A DNA stretch of 24,000 bases from Halotia wernerae UHCC 0503 (GCA_034931985.1 JAYGHB010000031.1:22258-46257), one strand, 5' to 3'. Shown: positions 6,931 through 14,286, numbered from the stretch's first letter. Made by a program: numbers and translations. The notes: generated by a model not told the origin, from the letters alone.

Positions 6931-9027
6931 ATGCAGCCGGAACCCAAAGTAAACATCCTCCTAGTGGATGATAAAGTCGAAAACTTGCTAGCATTAGAGG
7001 CTATTTTGGAGAGGCTGGGAGAAAATCTAGTCAGAGCCACTTCAGGAGAGGAAGCTTTACGGTGTCTGTTGCATCAAGATTTTGCGGTAATTTTGCTAGA
7101 TGTGCAAATGCCAGGGATGGATGGCTTTGAAACGGCTACCTTGATTCGCAGCCGGGGGCGATCGCGTCAGACTCCAATCATTTTTCTAACTGCTTTTAGT
7201 ACTAGTGACCAAATGCAGTTTAAAGGTTACGCCTTAGGTGCAGTTGACTATTTGCTCAAACCCTTAGATAGCGATATATTAACTTCTAAAGTTACAGTAT
7301 TTGTCGAATTATTTAAAAAAACACTGGCAATTCAGCGACAAGCAGCCCAACTCACAGCTGTCAATGCTGAACTCAAGCAAAGTGAAGAACGATTTCGTTC
7401 TTTGAGTACCTGCTCACCGATAGGAATTTTTGAAACTGATACTGAAGGTTACTGTAGGTATACTAATCCCTGTTATCAGGCAATTTGCGGCTTGAGTGCG
7501 GTAGAAAGTTTAGGAAAGAAATGGTTAGAATCTGTACATCCAGAAGATCAAGAGCGAGCGATCGCCACTTGGTCGGCTTATCTGAATGAAGGTCGTGAAT
7601 ATTCAGAAGATTTTCGCTTTCAAACCACTGATGGTCGTGTCCGTTGGGTAGAAGTTCGCACTTCACGAATGCTTTCTGCACAAGGCGATTTGCTAGGGTA
7701 TGTAGGCACTCTCGAAGAGATTACAGAACGCAAGCAAGCAGAAGAAGTCCGCGCTCAGGTAATTCGAGAACAGACAGCCAGACAAGAAGCAGAAGCAGCA
7801 AATCGGATGAAAGACGAGTTTTTGGCCGTTCTCTCCCATGAACTCCGCACCCCACTGACCTCAATGTTGGGTTGGTCAAAAATACTTCGTTCCAAAAAAC
7901 TAGACGAAACAGCTACTGCTCGTGCTTTAGAAGCGATTGAACGCAATGCCACAACTCAAGTGCAACTAATTGAAGATATTTTGGATGTATCACGGATCAT
8001 CCGAGGTCAGCTACGGCTGAATTTATCTGCTGTCAATCTCATTTCTGTGATGGAGACAGCCCTAGACGCAGTACGTCCCCTAGCAGAGACGAAAGGTATT
8101 CAATTAAATACTATCCTGGATAGTACCTTAGGTACAGTCTGTGGCGATCCAGGTCGGTTGCAGCAAATTGTCTGGAATTTACTAACTAATGCCATTAAGT
8201 TTACACCTCAAGGTGGTAGGGTAGAAGTCCGCATAGAAAGTCTCAAACAGGGAACAGAAGCAATATTTCCCAATCCAGAAATCAAGCTGTCCCCTACTGC
8301 TGGAACTCTGGCTTTAAATACATCTGATTACGCCCAAATCCAAGTTATTGATACAGGTATTGGTATCGGGTCAGAGTTTTTACCTAAAGTATTTGAGCGT
8401 TTTCGGCAGGCAGACAGTACAACAACGCGATCGCACAATGGATTAGGATTAGGACTGGCGATCGTGCGTCATTTAGTGGAACTACACGGTGGCACAATCG
8501 TTGCAGAAAGTCCAGGAGAAGGACAAGGAGCCACCTTTACTGTCAAACTACCATTGATGCCAGACAATAAGGATTGTGAAGCAGCAAAAGAAGAAAGTTC
8601 TCCGCTTGATAGTGATACTTCTACCCCCTTCACCGGATTAAAAGTACTAGTTGTAGATGATGAAGCTGATACCCGTAACTTTCTCGCCTTCATGTTTGAA
8701 GAGTATGGGGCGATCGCCACTACGGTAGAATCAGTTGATGCTGCTCTAACAGTCCTCGAACAGTCACAACCGGATATCTTGATTAGCGACATCGGCATGT
8801 CAGAACAAGATGGTTACACACTGATTCGGAAATTGCGCTCCTTAGAACCAGAAAAAGGAGGATGTATTCCAGCGATCGCTTTAACAGCATATTCACGAGA
8901 AGAAGACCGTCGCCAAATTCTCTCATCTGGATTTCAACAGCATTTGTCAAAGCCTGTTGACCCCACCAAGTTAATTACTGCGGTTGCTAATGTTTTGGAA
9001 CTACCTCTACCAGTTCCAGTGAGTTAA
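6931..9027 (+). CDS. Hybrid sensor histidine kinase: REC - coiled coil - PAS - HisKA - HATPase_c - REC
   Basis: N-terminal receiver (ILLVDD...ILLDVQMPGMDG...LLKP). PAS (SPIGIFETDTEGYCRYTNPCYQ...). H-box SHELRTPL. N box NLLTNAIKFT. G boxes DTGIGI and GLGLGLAI. C-terminal receiver (VLVVDDE...LISDIGMSEQDG...LSKP). I prefer the ATG at 6931, 4 nt after the cheB stop; the track's GTG at 6907 would overlap cheB by 20 nt. Confidence 0.85.
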   Translation: MQPEPKVNILLVDDKVENLLALEAILERLGENLVRATSGEEALRCLLHQDFAVILLDVQMPGMDGFETATLIRSRGRSRQTPIIFLTAFSTSDQMQFKGYALGAVDYLLKPLDSDILTSKVTVFVELFKKTLAIQRQAAQLTAVNAELKQSEERFRSLSTCSPIGIFETDTEGYCRYTNPCYQAICGLSAVESLGKKWLESVHPEDQERAIATWSAYLNEGREYSEDFRFQTTDGRVRWVEVRTSRMLSAQGDLLGYVGTLEEITERKQAEEVRAQVIREQTARQEAEAANRMKDEFLAVLSHELRTPLTSMLGWSKILRSKKLDETATARALEAIERNATTQVQLIEDILDVSRIIRGQLRLNLSAVNLISVMETALDAVRPLAETKGIQLNTILDSTLGTVCGDPGRLQQIVWNLLTNAIKFTPQGGRVEVRIESLKQGTEAIFPNPEIKLSPTAGTLALNTSDYAQIQVIDTGIGIGSEFLPKVFERFRQADSTTTRSHNGLGLGLAIVRHLVELHGGTIVAESPGEGQGATFTVKLPLMPDNKDCEAAKEESSPLDSDTSTPFTGLKVLVVDDEADTRNFLAFMFEEYGAIATTVESVDAALTVLEQSQPDILISDIGMSEQDGYTLIRKLRSLEPEKGGCIPAIALTAYSREEDRRQILSSGFQQHLSKPVDPTKLITAVANVLELPLPVPVS

Positions 9028-9089
9028 GTAGCTGATCAGTAATTTCGATAGCCTTGCTCAAGAGCGATCGCAATGCTTGCCATAGAACC

Positions 9090-9128
9090 CACAACAGGCT
9101 CTCTTACGCTGTGGTGTGCTAGTTTTTT
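9090..9128 (+). terminator. Weak candidate intrinsic terminator after the kinase gene
   Basis: cacaacag (9090-9097) pairs with ctgtggtg (9109-9116) at 7 of 8 positions across an 11-nt loop. A T6 run at 9123-9128 follows, but only after a 6-nt gap. Confidence 0.3.
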
Positions 9129-9260
9129 GCGGAGATTTAGTCGAAGGAGGGAAAGTATAGCGAATTTGCGACCGGGAATATTCCGGTAGTGTTACTCGCT
9201 CCATAACTTAGTAGTAGATGTGTTGTATTGATTTATCGTAACAGGATGTTAAAAAAATAA

Positions 9261-9914
9261 ATGGCAATTAATAACTTGTTTACAGCAGGTGGTGTGGTGA
9301 TATGGCCTTTACTGGGTTTTTCGGTGTTGGCTGTAGCGCTGATTATGGAACGTATCAGCTTTTGGATCAGGATAAATAGTCGGCAAAATCGCGTCATCCA
9401 AGATGTGCTAAAGCTATATCGTTCAGATAATATAGTTGGCGCTTTGGATAAATTACAGCAAAATACTGATTTACCTATGGCTCGGATTTTTCTTGCCGCT
9501 TTAGAATTGGAAGAGCCAACGCCAGAGGAATTACGTTTGGCCTTAGAAAGTGAAGCACAAGCCGAGATTCCTTTACTCAAACGCTTTCAAAACATTTTTG
9601 AGACAATTATCGGTCTAGCACCGCTTTTGGGTCTTCTTGGTACTGTATTGGGATTAATTGCTTCCTTTGCTTCTTTAGATATTGGTGATGTGGGAGGAAC
9701 TAAAACAGCAGGTGTCACCGCTGGGATTAGTGAGGCTTTAGTATCTACAGCATCAGGATTAGTAGTTGCTATTTTTACACTTCTATTTGCTAATACTTTC
9801 CGTGGACTCTACCAACGTCAGATTGCCTGGATTCAGGAGTATGGTGGACAGTTAGAATTACTCTACCGTCGTCGTTATGAAAGAGGAAATAAATCTTATG
9901 CGCCTACCAGATGA
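9261..9914 (+). CDS. exbB: MotA/TolQ/ExbB proton-channel family protein (ExbB-like)
   Basis: 217 aa. N-terminal LFTAGGVVIWPLLGFSVLAVALIMERISFW and C-terminal LLGLLGTVLGLI...GISEALVSTASGLVVAI are hallmark ExbB/TolQ segments. Confidence 0.8.
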   Translation: MAINNLFTAGGVVIWPLLGFSVLAVALIMERISFWIRINSRQNRVIQDVLKLYRSDNIVGALDKLQQNTDLPMARIFLAALELEEPTPEELRLALESEAQAEIPLLKRFQNIFETIIGLAPLLGLLGTVLGLIASFASLDIGDVGGTKTAGVTAGISEALVSTASGLVVAIFTLLFANTFRGLYQRQIAWIQEYGGQLELLYRRRYERGNKSYAPTR

Positions 9915-10302
9915 ACCAGATATTCCAACCCAGATCAATATTGTGCCGATGATTGATGTGATATTTGCGATTTTGACATTTTTTATCATGTCAACTCTGT
10001 TTTTAACGCGGTCGGAAGGTTTACCAGTAAATTTACCTAAAGCGGCTATGGCACAACAGCAGGCATCATCTGCACCAATTACCGTTACTTTAGACCAAAC
10101 TGGAACACTCAGCCTCAATCGTAAACAAATTTCTCTGGATGATTTGGCACAAGAAGTACGTATATTAATTGGTTCTAATTCCGAAGGATTGGTAATTATT
10201 AATGCTGATGAGCGAGTTAAGCACGGTCAGGTAGTAGCAGTTATGGATCGCTTGCGTCGGGTACAGGGGGCTAAGTTGGCGATCGCTACTCAAAAACCCT
10301 AG
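9877..10302 (+). CDS. exbD: ExbD/TolR biopolymer transport protein
   Basis: 141 aa. INIVPMIDVIFAILTFFI TM helix, then ...LPKA...ITVTLDQTGTLSLN...VIINADERVKHGQVVAVMD. The start is the ATG at 9877, or the ATG at 9898 preceded by aagagga. It overlaps the exbB 3' end either way. Confidence 0.8.
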   Translation: MKEEINLMRLPDEPDIPTQINIVPMIDVIFAILTFFIMSTLFLTRSEGLPVNLPKAAMAQQQASSAPITVTLDQTGTLSLNRKQISLDDLAQEVRILIGSNSEGLVIINADERVKHGQVVAVMDRLRRVQGAKLAIATQKP

Positions 10303-10332
10303 CCCCGCAAGGGGAAATTAAAAATTAGTCTT

Positions 10333-10373
10333 GGAAAGTTGGGCGGGACGGAAACCGACACCGCCCGCTTTCC
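10333..10373 (+). terminator. GC-rich hairpin downstream of exbD; possible terminator or small inserted element
   Basis: ggaaag (10333-10338) pairs with ctttcc (10368-10373), and gggcgg (10341-10346) pairs with ccgccc (10361-10366). No T-run follows. It is flanked by the direct repeat aaattaaaaat (10315-10325 and 10377-10387). Confidence 0.35.
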
Positions 10374-10446
10374 GCAAAATTAAAAATGAATACAGCGTAA
10401 GCTTTTCATTGATTTGAAATGGGTGGTTTATTTACGCCATCCTCTA

Positions 10447-10466
10447 CTAGTCCCTAGTCCCTAGCC
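10447..10466. repeat. Tandem heptamer repeat (ctagtcc ctagtcc ctagcc), STRR-like
   Basis: Read directly from the sequence. Short tandem heptamers are characteristic of heterocystous cyanobacterial intergenic DNA. Confidence 0.6.
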
Positions 10467-10578
10467 TCTTTTCTTCCCTGGAATGTATTGCACACAACTG
10501 ATAAGCACTATATTTGCTCTACAATTTCTATTGTTAATGGTATTTTAAATAACCCATCGCTTTTTTAGAGGATACTCC

Positions 10579-10785
10579 ATGAACATTTGGGTAAATGAGC
10601 AAATTGATCCGTCTGGCATGATTTATGCCTGTATTGCCTGTTGTAATGAGTCTCAAGCTAAAGATTGTCATGAATCCTTTCAGCAGAATTTGACTGAGAT
10701 CCAAAAATCAACTGGTTGGGTAGCACAATTGCGGACAGTCAATTCTTGGGATGAAGTTCCTGTTAATGCTTTAAAACTTGATTAA
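10579..10785 (+). CDS. Small hypothetical protein (68 aa) with a Cys cluster
   Basis: ATG preceded by gagga 7 nt upstream. Contains the CIACCNESQAKDCH cluster. I recognise no family, and coding status is uncertain. Confidence 0.4.
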   Translation: MNIWVNEQIDPSGMIYACIACCNESQAKDCHESFQQNLTEIQKSTGWVAQLRTVNSWDEVPVNALKLD

Positions 10786-10804
10786 GTTTTTGAAGCGATC
10801 GCTC

Positions 10805-11185
10805 TTACCGCATAATTGGACTGCCATGATGATGAACTAAATACCACTTACCACCCAAAAGTTGAAATATATTCGTAGCCATTGATTGTGCTTGTATCTT
10901 TTGACCCCCAATTACTTGCAACAGATTTTCTCTCAACACGACATAACCAGTGCGATCGTTCACTTCCGTAGTAATTATGTCAGTGTTAATTTCTATGTAA
11001 GAGGTGCTTTTAAATATCTGTTCCCAAGAAATACGAATATCTTTCCAGCTCCGTAGTACATTACGTCCTGGATGAATACAAAAACTACCAGTTCCTTGTG
11101 ACCATACAGCACTCATGGCTTCAATATCTTTTTTTTCAAAAGCTCGATAAAAAGCTGTATTAGCGGCTAAGACTTCAGATGTCAT
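10805..11185 (-). CDS. SnoaL-like / NTF2-family (DUF4440-type) protein
   Basis: 126 aa. AANTAFYRAFEKKDIEAMSAVWS...CIHPG...W..I..SWEQIF...GKWYLVHHHGSP matches the widespread SnoaL-like pattern. Confidence 0.75.
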   Translation of the reverse strand: MTSEVLAANTAFYRAFEKKDIEAMSAVWSQGTGSFCIHPGRNVLRSWKDIRISWEQIFKSTSYIEINTDIITTEVNDRTGYVVLRENLLQVIGGQKIQAQSMATNIFQLLGGKWYLVHHHGSPIMR

Positions 11186-11263
11186 GGTAATAGCAAATCA
11201 TAATCAGAGATTTGTCTATTATCTAATAACTTTTAAATTTTTTTCTAAAATTCGTGAACAACA

Positions 11264-11296
11264 AGATCCCCGACTTCTCAAAGAAGTCGGGGATCT
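11264..11296 (-). terminator. Perfect 14-bp-stem hairpin directly downstream of the Rieske gene
   Basis: agatccccgacttc (11264-11277) and gaagtcggggatct (11283-11296) with a 5-nt loop, 11 nt past the stop at 11307-11309. On the minus strand it is followed by a moderately T-rich stretch (cttgttgttcacgaatttt). Confidence 0.55.
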
Positions 11297-11306
11297 GAGC
11301 CTCTAA

Positions 11307-12260
11307 TTACCAATCCCGGTAAAGTCTTTCTGCATAAAACATAATTTCTTCGTTTGGTAATCTAATTTGGGGTTTTTGTCGAGGATATAAACTTTCAACT
11401 GCACTTGTATCTTGTTCAATAACTGTGGCTCCTGCTCGCAAAAATGAATTTTTAAACAGTAATTTCATTACAGGATTATTGAGTTTGGCATACATCAAAA
11501 TAAAAGTCTTAGTGATTTTTTCCGTTTCTGGGTAAAGAATATGAGTTTGAGCAATTTTAGCAATCGGTGTTTTGGCAAAGAAAACTGTAGTTGAAGGAAA
11601 AGCGTATTCGAGTGTGTTATTAAGATTTTTAGGGAAGATGCCCAAAACAGGATTTTTGAGAATTTCTCCTAGTGTGTTGTCAGAGCGTGTCAGTTCTTGT
11701 TCGACTTTAGCGTAGTACCCTTTTTCTTCAAAAGAAGTGACATTGCAGTATGTAATTTTAAACAATTCTTTATGAGTACCATTTTGGTGATTATAGTCAT
11801 AGTTAACCATCAGGTTACTTAAAAAATCACCTTGAATACTTTTTTCTCCAGTTACTCCAATAAATTGGTAGTTATCTACAATTTGATCATGCAAATCTGG
11901 AATTGACAATCTTGGCTCAAATCCGCCATAAGTCCAAATGCAATCATTACTAACAATTACCTCTAACGGTTTAGCAATTGGTTGGTTATCTTGTTTATCT
12001 TTGTGGTATAGTCTACCCTTGCTATCAAATTCTAACGCGTGAAAAGGGCAAGCAATAGTATCTCTTTCTTGGCAAATCCACCCCGCTGATAAAGGAGCTT
12101 GCATATGCGGACAGATGTTATCAAGGGCAAATACTTCGCCTTTTTGGTTTTGCCAAAGTACATAATCTTGAGTATTTAAAGTAATTTTATGGGGTTTATT
12201 TACTCCTAGCATTGATCTGTGAGCAATTAACCAAGGCGCGCCAGGTAAAATTGGTTCCAT
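11307..12260 (-). CDS. Rieske [2Fe-2S] non-haem iron oxygenase-like protein
   Basis: Rieske motif CPHMQAPLSAGWICQERDTIACPFHALEF (CxH...CxxH). A mononuclear-iron-like DYNHQNGTH (Dx2Hx4H) follows. I prefer the ATG at 12260 (ggag 7 nt upstream) over the track's TTG at 12272. Confidence 0.8.
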   Translation of the reverse strand: MEPILPGAPWLIAHRSMLGVNKPHKITLNTQDYVLWQNQKGEVFALDNICPHMQAPLSAGWICQERDTIACPFHALEFDSKGRLYHKDKQDNQPIAKPLEVIVSNDCIWTYGGFEPRLSIPDLHDQIVDNYQFIGVTGEKSIQGDFLSNLMVNYDYNHQNGTHKELFKITYCNVTSFEEKGYYAKVEQELTRSDNTLGEILKNPVLGIFPKNLNNTLEYAFPSTTVFFAKTPIAKIAQTHILYPETEKITKTFILMYAKLNNPVMKLLFKNSFLRAGATVIEQDTSAVESLYPRQKPQIRLPNEEIMFYAERLYRDW

Positions 12261-12320
12261 TTTGACTCCCAACGATCTAAATTATTTGATTTATTAAATA
12301 TCTCAAAGATCAGTAAGTTA

Positions 12321-12372
12321 TTCGTAGTCAGGACTTTAGTCCTTATTTCCCAAGCACTAAAGTCCTGATTAC
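12321..12372. repeat. Degenerate, expanded copy of the palindromic repeat ttcgtagtcaggactttagtcctgactacgaa
   Basis: The first 23 nt (ttcgtagtcaggactttagtcct) are identical to 13287-13309. The arms gtagtcaggacttta (12324-12338) and taaagtcctgattac (12358-12372) pair with 1 mismatch around a longer loop. Confidence 0.65.
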
Positions 12373-12388
12373 AAACCCTAAAAACTCT

Positions 12389-12408
12389 CTAACTAATTTT
12401 TTAGTTAG
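12389..12408. promoter_or_regulatory. Candidate TetR operator 1 (ctaactaa-tttt-ttagttag)
   Basis: Perfect 8-bp inverted arms with a 4-nt spacer in the Rieske/TetR divergent region. A related copy lies 57 bp downstream. Confidence 0.35.
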
Positions 12409-12445
12409 TTATCAATTTAAACAATCTCATCTGATATGTCAACTA

Positions 12446-12465
12446 CCAACCAATTTTTTAGTTAA
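12446..12465. promoter_or_regulatory. Candidate TetR operator 2 (ccaaccaattttttagttaa)
   Basis: 17/20 identical to 12389-12408. It ends 29 nt upstream of the tetR GTG at 12494. Confidence 0.3.
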
Positions 12466-12493
12466 GATGTTTTCGTTAGTATGATGGAAAAAC

Positions 12494-13153
12494 GTGGGTC
12501 GTTCAACACAGTCAAAACTCTCATCTAAAAAACCGCGTCAGCTGCGTGATGCAGAGGCGACGAAAAAGCAGATTCTGGATGCAGCAGAAGCAGAGTTCGC
12601 CAGAAATGGACTAAATGGGGCGCGAACAGAGGCGATCGCTAAAGGTGCAGGTGTCACCACAGCAATGATTTACTACTACTTCGAGAGTAAAGAAGGACTA
12701 TATCAAGCTGTTCTGCAACGTCCGGCGGTGGAAATGCACGAAGGGTTTGAGCAGCTAAATCTGGATCAGTTTCCACCAGAGGAAGCCTTAAAGATATTAG
12801 TTCAAGAAGCGATCGCCTATGAAGCTGCTCACCCATACCGAGGAATGCTGTGGTTCCAAGAAGCCAACCAAAATCAGGGAAAGTATTTTAAATTAGGGAA
12901 TTGGCAAGAAAATTTTGCCTATCTCATCAAAATTTTAGAACGAGGGATGACAGAGGGTTGTTTCCGTCAAATTGATCCGTTTCTTACCACTCTCCATATT
13001 ATTGGGATTTGTAATTTATACTTCAATGCTTACGAAAACATCAAGCATACTAGACCCGATTTGCAACTGCTGAGTCCAGAAATGATTGAGCAGCATACTC
13101 AAGCAGCGATTAATTTAATTTTGGCTGGAGTCCGGCTAGTACCAGATCACTAG
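12494..13153 (+). CDS. TetR/AcrR-family transcriptional regulator
   Basis: 219 aa. N-terminal HTH region ILDAAEAEFARNGLNGARTEAIAKGAGVTTAMIYYYFESKEGLY is canonical TetR_N. GTG start as given in the ORF track. Confidence 0.85.
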   Translation: MGRSTQSKLSSKKPRQLRDAEATKKQILDAAEAEFARNGLNGARTEAIAKGAGVTTAMIYYYFESKEGLYQAVLQRPAVEMHEGFEQLNLDQFPPEEALKILVQEAIAYEAAHPYRGMLWFQEANQNQGKYFKLGNWQENFAYLIKILERGMTEGCFRQIDPFLTTLHIIGICNLYFNAYENIKHTRPDLQLLSPEMIEQHTQAAINLILAGVRLVPDH

Positions 13154-13219
13154 TACAACACGGCGGAAATAAACCTACTATCTAAAGCAGACAAAAAGCT
13201 CACGGTGTAAGACTTCTTT

Positions 13220-13247
13220 CTTTTGCCTTTTGACTTTTTACTTTTGC
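13220..13247. repeat. Four tandem imperfect heptamers (cttttgc cttttga cttttta cttttgc)
   Basis: Read directly from the sequence, in the convergent tetR/murQ spacer. Confidence 0.6.
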
Positions 13248-13285
13248 TTTCTCGTACTAGGGGTTCATCGCAAAAGTTTTGATAG

Positions 13286-13319
13286 GTTCGTAGTCAGGAC
13301 TTTAGTCCTGACTACGAAC
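13286..13319. repeat. Perfect palindromic repeat (16-bp arms); possible bidirectional terminator between tetR and murQ
   Basis: gttcgtagtcaggact tt agtcctgactacgaac. It is the same family as 12321-12372 and lies between two convergent genes. Confidence 0.65.
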
Positions 13320-13346
13320 ATGTATCATCATCATCATCAAAAAGTT

Positions 13347-14273
13347 TTAGGTTTGCTTGTTGTTTTTGTAGCTTTCAACAGCGGTTCGGAGATTACCTTG
13401 GTGTTCTGATAATAACCGATCGCCCTCGTCTTTTGCTAAACCAGTCCAGTGCATCAAGAGCGCTAGTTTAACCCATTTTCCACTATGTTCTAGTAAAAAA
13501 CCAGCAGCTTCACGACTTAAACCTGTGAGATCTTGCAAAATTTGCAAAGCACGATCGCGTAACTTTTGATTTGTGACGGCGACATCTACCATGCGATTGC
13601 CATAAACTTTGCCCAATTTGACCATCACTCCAGTAGAAAGGATATTTAAAGTTAACTTTGTGGCTGTACCAGCTTTCAAGCGAGTTGAACCAGCTAGCAC
13701 TTCTGGCCCAGTTAACAGACGAATATCAATATCGGCATCAAAGCTCACTTGTGTTGCTGGAACACAAGCAATAAAAATGGTAATCGCTCCCCGCTGACGA
13801 GCAGCATTGAGCGCACCGTGGACAAAAGGTGTAGTCCCTCCAGCAGTAATACCGACTACTACATCTAGTTGTGTGATGTGTCTTTGAGCGATCGCCGCCT
13901 CTCCATCTTCAGTACGGTCTTCTAAATCCTCAGAACTGCGTACTAGTGCGCCAGCACCGCCAGCAATTATCCCCTGTACTAGTTCTGGGGGTGTACAAAA
14001 AGTAGGTGGACATTCAGCAGCATCTAACACCCCTAACCTACCACTTGTTCCCGCACCAACATAAAACAAGCGTCCCCCTTGGTACAAACGTTCCGCAGTG
14101 CGATCAATCGCTTGGGCCAACTGAATTTTAGCCGCAGCCACCGCCTCAATTGCCTTTTGATCCTCGCTATTAAATAGTTCTACTAATTCTAGAGAACTCA
14201 ACTGATCTAAGTTCAGACTATTTGGGTTTACTTGTTCGGTCAAAAGATGTCCGCGTTCCTGCAAATTTGTCAT
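13347..14273 (-). CDS. murQ: N-acetylmuramic acid 6-phosphate etherase
   Basis: 308 aa. SIS-domain core GGRLFYVGAGTSGRLGVLDAAECPPTF and the downstream ...GSTRLKAGTATKL... are characteristic of MurQ. Confidence 0.88.
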   Translation of the reverse strand: MTNLQERGHLLTEQVNPNSLNLDQLSSLELVELFNSEDQKAIEAVAAAKIQLAQAIDRTAERLYQGGRLFYVGAGTSGRLGVLDAAECPPTFCTPPELVQGIIAGGAGALVRSSEDLEDRTEDGEAAIAQRHITQLDVVVGITAGGTTPFVHGALNAARQRGAITIFIACVPATQVSFDADIDIRLLTGPEVLAGSTRLKAGTATKLTLNILSTGVMVKLGKVYGNRMVDVAVTNQKLRDRALQILQDLTGLSREAAGFLLEHSGKWVKLALLMHWTGLAKDEGDRLLSEHQGNLRTAVESYKNNKQT

Positions 14274-14286
14274 TTGTCATTTGTCC
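14266..14286. repeat. Tandem heptamers tttgtca tttgtca tttgtcc spanning the murQ start codon
   Basis: Read directly from the sequence. On the minus strand this gives atgacaa-atgacaa, that is two ATGs 7 nt apart. Confidence 0.7.

Noticed and set aside
7783-7800. QEAEAA just upstream of the kinase H-box resembles the loose MCP methylation consensus [EQ][EQ]xxA[STA]. That could make the kinase the CheR/CheB substrate.
   Set aside because: The ..EAEAAN(R)xK.EFLA..SHELRTPL.. stretch is common in hybrid kinases that have no CheR/CheB neighbour, so the match carries no weight by itself. I keep it only as something to test in the cheR/cheB/kinase operon finding (5524-9027).
9175-9184. A perfect 10-bp palindrome ggaatattcc in the kinase/exbB spacer.
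   Set aside because: Roughly 20 or more 10-bp palindromes are expected by chance in 24 kb. The symmetry does not extend beyond 10 bp.
9226-9242. An AT-rich stretch (tattgatttatcgtaac) upstream of exbB as a possible Fur box, since exbBD genes are often iron-regulated.
   Set aside because: It matches the 19-bp Fur consensus poorly and has no clear dyad symmetry. It cannot be supported from sequence alone.
13324-13338. An (atc)5 microsatellite immediately downstream of the murQ stop.
   Set aside because: It is non-coding, short and has no obvious functional context. I note it only as a possible strain-typing polymorphism.
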